This document shows, piece by piece, positions 34,928 through 42,065 of a stretch of 42,065 nt of DNA (position 1 is the stretch's first letter; the number at the start of each line of letters is the position of its first letter). Source of the DNA: Atractiella rhizophila (lineage: Eukaryota). The stretch spans positions 104,985 to 147,049 of the forward strand of contig MU271217.1 of NCBI GenBank assembly GCA_021432655.1, read 5' to 3'. The position numbers and the translations under genes were made by a program. The notes beneath the pieces were generated by a model, which was not told the DNA's origin, made no database searches, and saw nothing but the letters and a program-made list of their open reading frames with translations.

Positions 34928-36198
34928 TTACTCTCCGCCGCCATCGTCTCCACCACCGTCTCCGCCTTTGAGATGTGATGTTAGGTCATGCTTCACAGTA
35001 CAGAGAAAAACGAACCGTCATCGCCGGCATCTCCAATCGCCTCTCCCAGTAGAAGTCCGCCAGCGAGTCCAGCAGCAAGGGGCAAAGCGCTTCCACCGCC
35101 GAAACCTCCTCCGCTCCGTCCGTATCCTCCTCCACCATACCCTCCACCGTAACCTCCTCCATAACCACCACCATAACCACCAGGCGGCCCATACTGCTGT
35201 TGATAGGCGAGCTGTTGCTGTCTTTGTTGCAGGGCTTGCTGACGAGCGATCATGTACTCCCTGTTGGCAGCAACTCATCTTAAGACCCACAACAGATTGG
35301 AATTAAAGGAGGTGAAAAACGAACCGTTCTCTCTGTTCCCTTTCCTGTCTCTTAAGCTCCCTCTCCTCCTTGCTCCCGATCGCCTTATCCTTTAACTTTC
35401 CAAAGAAGCCTCGGTCCTTAGACTGGGTATGCGAGTGTCCTCTCTCTTTTGGCTCGGACGAAAGTGAAGGCGAGTGACTTGGTGCAGGCGGGGAGCCATA
35501 CCCTCCCGCGCCGTGACCCGGGGCAGGGGAACCGTAACCACCATGTTGTTGAGGCGACGGAGCACCCCAAGACTGTTGATGTTGAGGTGGGGCTGGGGGA
35601 GCGTTATAACCTCCTGCTCCTGCTGGTGGACCGCCACCAAATTGCTCTTGTAGCCATTGTGGATCTATGTACCTATTCAGTCTAGCGGGATTGGACACTG
35701 ATGAAGAGCGAACCTTCGTTCGGGTGTACCCATATCGATCGTGGCGGGTTCTTGGTAGTATCTACATAATAGTGGCGGTTGTGGCTACCAATTCAGCAGC
35801 TGGTCAGTGTCCTTCCCATCACAAAGCTTCACTGCGGGTGACATTGGAGGCCGAGCATCTACCCAACGCTGTTATTTCGTTGGAGGTCTCTCCTCTTGTA
35901 AGAGAACTTTCTTTTGAAGAATGGGGTATCCTTCAAGGTGAAAGGGTATGTCTGCTGCATGCAGTAATTTTGGCAGCAAAGCCGGTAATGACTTGAGTGG
36001 ATATTGTCAGCCTGCCAGATCAGAGCAGTGGGGCAGTAGCAGTCGCAAGCACCGCATAACAAACAACGACGTCCCATACTAGTAATAGTAACTCTCCAAA
36101 GGGATGACTTACTTCGCGTCCCATTCCTTCTTCCACCCGGGTGGCAGTTCCTCGTCTGGTGCACCTCCAGGAGGACCTGGGGGTGGTGCGAATGACAT
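34928..36198 (-). CDS. WW-domain, Gly/Tyr/Gln-rich protein (Wwm1-like)
   Basis: MSFAPPPGPP..ELPPGWKKEWDAN|HNRHYYVDTTKNPPRSIWVHP (WW domain split by intron 36112-35785), DRGFFGKLKDK, (YGGG)n repeat, AGLAGGLLLGEAI; TAA at 34930-34928. Confidence 0.85.
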
Positions 36199-36855
36199 TT
36201 CTGGAGCTCTCCTTCGATTCTTCGGCGAGTCCTAGCGAGAGCGAGTGTGCTAATGAGCTGAAGCTGGCTGAATGAAGTGGAGGTGGCTGTCGTAATGAAG
36301 TGTGGTTTTATCTGAAATCGATCGCTCATGGTGGCGGTGAAGCCAAGCGCATTTCACTTGTGTTCAAACGTTCACACTTCGCCTAAAGAGTAATGGTGTA
36401 CGAAGTGTATCGGCCTATAGGGTCTGGTGCTGCTGGGTGGCTACAGGACAACAGGACAGGAAAGTCACAGCGCAATGTTGCCACTGCCTTCAAGGATAAA
36501 GCTGGATGGCGAGCAAAGTGCAGCACTGAACGCAAATCGATTATTCCATTAGTTCGCCACTGCTCATAAATTAAAGAAAGCCATCTTTGCATCACCTCAG
36601 ACATAAAGATGTAGTTGGAGGGAAGTGAACAATGAAATATGAAGAAGAAAAACGAGTCCGTGAATCAATTGATGGTTGTTTGTTGAATTTGATCTCGAAA
36701 AGTGATGGAATGAATGCAAAGAAATGGAACAAGTGAAGAAACCTTGCGCCTTTCCTTCCAATCGTTCATGCGCAACCGCTCTTCCTTTGCAACTTCTTAC
36801 CTCCCTCTTGCGTTATCGATTAGTAGCCAAGCCAATCGCATCATGACAACCAAAT

Positions 36856-38450
36856 CTAGAGAACCATGATAGCGCCAACAGCAATCATCATCGCGGCAGC
36901 CGCAAGTCCACCGATGCTTGAAAGGCTCGAAGCAGCAGAGTTATTGGTGCCACTCTGTGCGCCGGAGGTGGGAGTTGAAGTGCTGCCACCAGTATTGGAC
37001 CCTGTAGTCACTGCTGCAGATTTGGTGGTGGCCGTGCTGGTGGTGGAAGTGGAAGTGGAGGTAGATTGGGAGGAAGCGGTCTGGCCATTCGCTTGGATGG
37101 TAGTGATACTGGTGCAGTCTGACGAGGACGGAGCTGGGTGCGCATCAGGCGTCGTCGGTTGCCCTTGGCTGAAAGTCGAAGTGCCGTATACTCCTGGGAC
37201 TGTGGAAATGACGTTAACCAAACGTGGAAGAGGCTCAAAGAGGGGACAAACAATCTCCACTGTCTCCGGCGCAGGTATCAAAGCTCCCTGCAGAATAGTC
37301 GCCAGGGTAGTTCCAGGCACATCCCATTTCCTGTGGTCATAACGGTTCGTTAATGCGAGTGCTGAAGAGTTTACTCCTGGAGACCCACATCATAGACATG
37401 GTTGCAGTAGAGCCAAGCATTCGCAGCGTCCTTGCACACCCTTCACATTCCATCACTCAGTTGCATCCTTTGTGTTCGGAAAGAAACCCTACCTAATGCA
37501 AAACTGCTCTGCGCCAATGAAAGAGCTCCATTCGTGGGACTGGACAGCAGAGCCAGTAAAAGCGGTCGAGAAGACGATACCACCGATGGGGTTTCCGTTA
37601 CCATCTGCTCCGTGGGGATCTAGCACAGATTATAAACATTGGTACATGGAAGTGTAACACTGGAAAAGAGAAAGAAACGAACCGAGCTCTCCTCCTGCAT
37701 CGCCAGCAGGAATGTTGATCTTGGTCAAGTCTCCAACACCGGTAATCTGCGCGCCATAAAATTGAGTTTGACGTGCAGTTGGGAAGGGACAAACAGACCT
37801 GGACAAAGTCAGGGGTTTGAACGAAATGGACTCCGGTCAAGGTGCCATCAGGGATGAGACGGGTCCCCTACTCAACACACATCTCTCAGTTTCACTTCGG
37901 AGACGACAGATAGTAGGAGTGAGAGAGACAACACTGACGTGGCCAGCCTTAGTGCACCATGCGACCTCAAATCGCTCTGTCTCGCCGATGGCTATTCGTG
38001 GCCACAATGTTGAGTGCGCGCGTCCTTGGGGAGCAGTAGATAGGGGAACACGAACTCGCGTTAGCTCCGGGCTCAGGGGGGGCCTGATCCGAGGATTCCA
38101 TCAGATTCTTTGCACTGTCTAAAAAAGGAAGAAACGAACCCAAAGACAAAAGTCATCGATGGAATTGACATAGGATGTCTATCGTTCCACCACGACCTGC
38201 ATCAGCTGGACGTCCGAACTGCGCTAAAACCTGTTAAACGCACCTGACACATCGAAGTCTGCGAGTGTCCTGTTCCACAGATATTATAACCCGTCTCGCC
38301 CTCCTCCGTTATGTTAGGAACCTGTGTTTTCTAGTCAAAAGGGTCTAAGGCAGGGGTTAAACGAACAGTGGAGGGAAGGTAGGTGGCCGAGTAGGCATGG
38401 GCGACTTTCGGGGATTCAAGGAGAAAGAGGGTAAGGAGCGTTGAGAGCAT
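36856..38450 (-). CDS. Secreted GPI-anchored mannoprotein, Cryptococcus MP88-like, multi-exon
   Basis: Signal-like N-terminus, GYNICGT..CQTSYVNSIDDFCLWAPP..IGETERFEVAWCTKAGHGTRLIPDGTLTGVHFVQTPDFVQITG..GGELDPHGADGNGNPIGG..HEWSSF, Ser/Thr-rich stalk, hydrophobic C-terminus. Confidence 0.88.
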
Positions 38451-39179
38451 TATGAGTAATATTCTGACAGTGTATTCGAGATTAGGTGAGGGCGGCGAGG
38501 TGATTCACAGGAAGGTAGTAGATAAATGAGAAAAAATGGCTGGAGAGGTGAGAGGTGGTGGTTGTGATGGAACAGGGACCACTCCTTTTTGTCTTCTTTT
38601 TGTACCAGAGCCTAAAAAAGTCCTATTTTTGGAAAGTTCGTCCGCGTCTGAACGCCAACTCCGACCTGACCTTCAGCTCGTGATACTGACCAAGGCTTGG
38701 CAAGCTATTTCGCTCTCTGCAGCTGCAGCGAGAAGGGAGGTTGCGAAAAATGCAACAATTTTCTGCGGGCATTACCTGTAGACGGAGGAGAGCACAAGAA
38801 CCTGTAGACTTTACCACCGCAAACGGAAGATGCTTCTATACTTGGCGCAGCAAGGATCCAAATCCAGAAAAAGCCAAATTTGCCAGTGTAGCAATTCAGT
38901 CAATGATCTTGCCCTGGAAGTAACATTACCGAAGAACCGACACTATGCCAAAGTCAACTCCACTTGAGGATGACTAGCTCTCGTGAAATCTTCTTCCCAC
39001 CTTTGCCAAAGAGGGTACGACAGCGCACAATTCACAGTTCTATGTTGACTTATTGACGGCCTCTCAATAGCAAGTCCTCACTGTCAGGTGCTGGAATCTG
39101 CGTTTGACAGGCTCAACGACATTTTAACATTGTAGTCAATTAATTGGCCTTGCCTTGCTCTTGCCGTCGAATCCTAATC

Positions 39180-39900
39180 CTGGCAACAGAGGCATAGCCT
39201 GCAAACCGGTCAGCAAAAGCAGAAGAAGACAAAGGCGTCGTATCGGGCTGTGAAGGCAGGTACTGCTGAGGACTGAAAGATCATGAGAATTGATCAGTGA
39301 GAATGGCTAAGTGATAGAATAACCTACCTTATGTACAGGGTCCCAAAATGCGCATTTCCGCATCAACTCGTTGATATCAGCCTCTTCTCCAACATTGCGT
39401 CAATCGCCAGTTCCACAGACTGGCTATCCATGATTTCGGATGGGCTCGTCGAGGCACTAGAAGAGGTGCAAGCTGTGAAGTGTGGAGTCATATTGGAAAA
39501 TGCTGGCAGCCATCCAATCGGTTTCTTCTTGCTCCAGCCGTCAGATCCAGGTTCTTGGGCAGGAAAGGAGTGGTATGGCTACAACACAGCGACACAGACA
39601 CAGAGGAAGCTCAGGATATTGTAACGGGGAAGGCGTAAAATGGCTACAAGTGATCAGTGACAATGGCTAGATCTGTCTGATATCAATAGCTTACTTAGTC
39701 CATGACTCCAAGTCGCCTCAGTCAAGTTCAGTGACCAGTGAGTTGAACTCTACCGAAAAATTGTACTTACTACGTCAATTGTTAATAAACCTGATTGAGT
39801 GTTCTGATGATGCTGATGACCTCGGAGCTGACACCATCAATCAACAAACGCCAGTTTGTACCAAGCATTGGCAGAAACAAGATACCTCAATAAGTTTGCT
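39180..39900 (-). pseudogene. Decayed spliced gene fragment abutting the YCG1 remnant
   Basis: Several gtaagc/gtaggt..ctgat..ag introns and a frame with repeated stops (HLF*CLDEPIRNHG*PVCGTGD*RNVGEEADINELMRKCAFWDPVHK). Confidence 0.35.
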
Positions 39901-39936
39901 CATCCCCTAAGCCTGCGCTGCGAGAAATGCGCCTAC

Positions 39937-42065
39937 GCTATGTCCAAACAAAGATCGTAGTGCACTAACTCGTCTGTCGGCTGGTCAAGATTCTCGCTGG
40001 ATCGATATGCTGTAAGTGGGAGAAACTTGCTTAACAGAAACTCACAGAGTGACGGCCCTTCTGTCAGTCCAATCCACCATCTGTGCAGCAATTTGAAGCG
40101 GAGGGATCATGTCTTGCCTTTCCTCGTCACCAAGATCTTCGTATACACGATTCAGGATATGGAGAGACGCCATGAAGACCTTTTGCATCCTCCTCTGGTG
40201 CGCAGCGGGTGAGAAACAGTAGACGGGGAAAAAGTAGGAGAGTGGTTGGTTCCCTGACGTTTCTGGCGAAAAGTACATCAAGACGAGACTTTTGAGCACC
40301 TGGAACGATCATCAATCCTAGTGTATCGATTTCACTTTAGGGAGACAGCGACAGACCTCGTCATCGGCAATCATGCCGCTCAGCATGAGCTTACTGATAC
40401 CGACGACACTGGTGGCTTGCGCTTCGGGATCGGATTGGTCAAGCGAATGAAGCAAGAAGTCAATCACGCGATCTGGCTACCAGCAGTCTGCAATCAGCGG
40501 CCGAGAACAAGAGAAGCAGGGAGACAAACTGAATGTCCTTTCTCAGAGAGAAAATTTAAACCATACAGCATGAGTATGTCGAAGGTAGTCTGAAGAACAT
40601 TGATTCTGAGATCCCCTTCCGCATTTTGCGACTGATGTGTGAAGAGACCGAATGCATCGATTGCGGTTTTCTCCCCAAACACCATGGTTCAGTTACATTT
40701 AGTCAGAAGAGATGTGGAAGCATACCTTGTCTAGCAGGCAGATAAGCGCAAGACACATTAATCCTTCAGACCGCACAGCTGGTTCCTTGGATTTGACGGA
40801 AGGAGTGACGAGCTCGTGTAAGAGACCTTGGAGAGATGTGTTGTCTTGTAGTGTCTGTACCGCAACGAATTAACATACTCTCTTTCTATGATTTTCAGCA
40901 GAAGACTTGCCCCTTCCATGCGCTCTAGCATAGCCCTAAAGATGCCCAGACATCTAATGTGGATATCGAGTCTGTCCCCTTCCGTCGGGGCCTCGCCTGA
41001 TCCCTCTGCTGCTCTCCTCCATCTTCGTCGTCGTCATCATCTTCCCTCATCGCGTCTGCATCCTTCGAATCGTCGAAGTCCTCTTCATCGTCACGAAGAG
41101 ACTGGACGATCTCCACGGCTACCCGCATAAAGTTTTTGTTCGTTGGCGGAGATCTTGCAGAGCACGTCTAGAGCGGGTGGGAGGAGGTCTTGAGGGAGAA
41201 GACGATTGGAGATCATATCACCTGTTGGTCACAAAATCAATCTTCGCAATATTCGACGGAATGATGGAGTTGAAGGTGACCTACGGATAAGTGCGATCAT
41301 GGCCCTCCGTCCAATTTCATCCGCGTAGTCCTCTTTCACTGCGATGGCCAACAGTTCCCTCTCCACAAAAGCAAGCCTGATAAGACTCTGAACATCTTCG
41401 TCCTCTGCCTCTTGCTCAAGAGTTTCCGGGTCCTTCGACTCGATAGTTTCTACCAGATTAACAAGCTGGGTAAATTTGGATTGGATGAGTTGCGAGAGCG
41501 GTGTAATTTCTGGCATGTGAACAGAGAGTTTTGCTTCGTCCTATTGTCGTCCATTACTGCTGGTTTCGATAAAGTGCCACAGTGAGAGTAAGAAACGCAC
41601 ATTTTGTTTCTGTAACCATAACAGGTAGACGCGGACGAGGAAAGCCGACTCCGGCGTAAGGCTGTTCCAATACGCATCTGGTAAGGATGAGTTCCAACTT
41701 GAGACGGAAAGAAGGAGAAGAACCATCGAACGCGCTCATCCATAAGCTCAGGCCTTCCCTCGAATAAACATTCTAAAACGCCTTTTGCCATCGTACTGGC
41801 GTGACATCCATCTCTTTGAGTACCTTCAACAGCTCCTCCATCCCGCTGCCTTCTCCGGCCACGATGATCGGGAGACTGGCACACCCACTCCTTCGCTGCT
41901 TTCTTAACGTTCTCCTCCCTGTCCTTCAGCCCCTTCTCAATCGCGCCTTCTCTGCCTCCCTAAACTGACGATGCCTATTTCTTTGAGGACGATTCGGTAA
42001 AGTGCTTTTCGCGTCAAAGGATCCATGTCGCGTTGGCGGCTTAGCAGCGGGGGCAAGGTGGCTGC
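39937..42065 (-). pseudogene. YCG1: Condensin HEAT subunit CAP-G (Ycg1/Cnd3), frameshifted and apparently 3'-truncated; 5' part lies beyond the window
   Basis: GLKDREENVKKAA, YWNSLTPESAFLVRV, DYADEIGRRAM, RSEGLMCLALICLLDK, LQTTFDILMLYG, SYFFPVYC, PLQIAAQMVDWTD. Several frame switches are needed to follow homology. Family call is high confidence; pseudogene status is moderate. Confidence 0.8.

Noticed and set aside
35125..35185. (ccaccataa)n-like repeat as non-coding satellite
   Set aside because: Encodes the YGGG repeats of the WW-domain protein.
36866..37342. Long antisense ORFs here and over other genes
   Set aside because: Shadows of real exons on the opposite strand or in another frame; no independent motifs.

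Overview
Eukaryotic DNA from a basidiomycete fungus (possibly Pucciniomycotina; inferred from gene families and very short 43-65 nt spliceosomal introns). The ORF track shows only exon fragments, so genes were reconstructed by hand from GT/GC..AG junctions. Left to right: a GCN4/CpcA-type bZIP factor; a degenerate nuclease-like + minimal kinase gene; a damaged chromate transporter; a ~5 kb CpG-depleted transposon relic with two palindrome arrays and a dead spliced gene; an O-fucosyltransferase-like gene; SGT2 with an anomalous 700-nt structured intron; tricalbin; tandem DUF3533/Sng1-like paralogs; a head-to-head pair of paralogous orphan genes that both start MWDAEGWSD; a GT77-type glycosyltransferase; a WW-domain Gly-rich protein; an MP88-like GPI mannoprotein; and a frameshifted, 3'-truncated condensin YCG1 copy. 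The most interesting leads are the SGT2 intronic RNA, the divergent MWDAEGWSD pair, the nuclease-kinase fusion and the broken YCG1. All family calls come from motif recognition; no database search was run.
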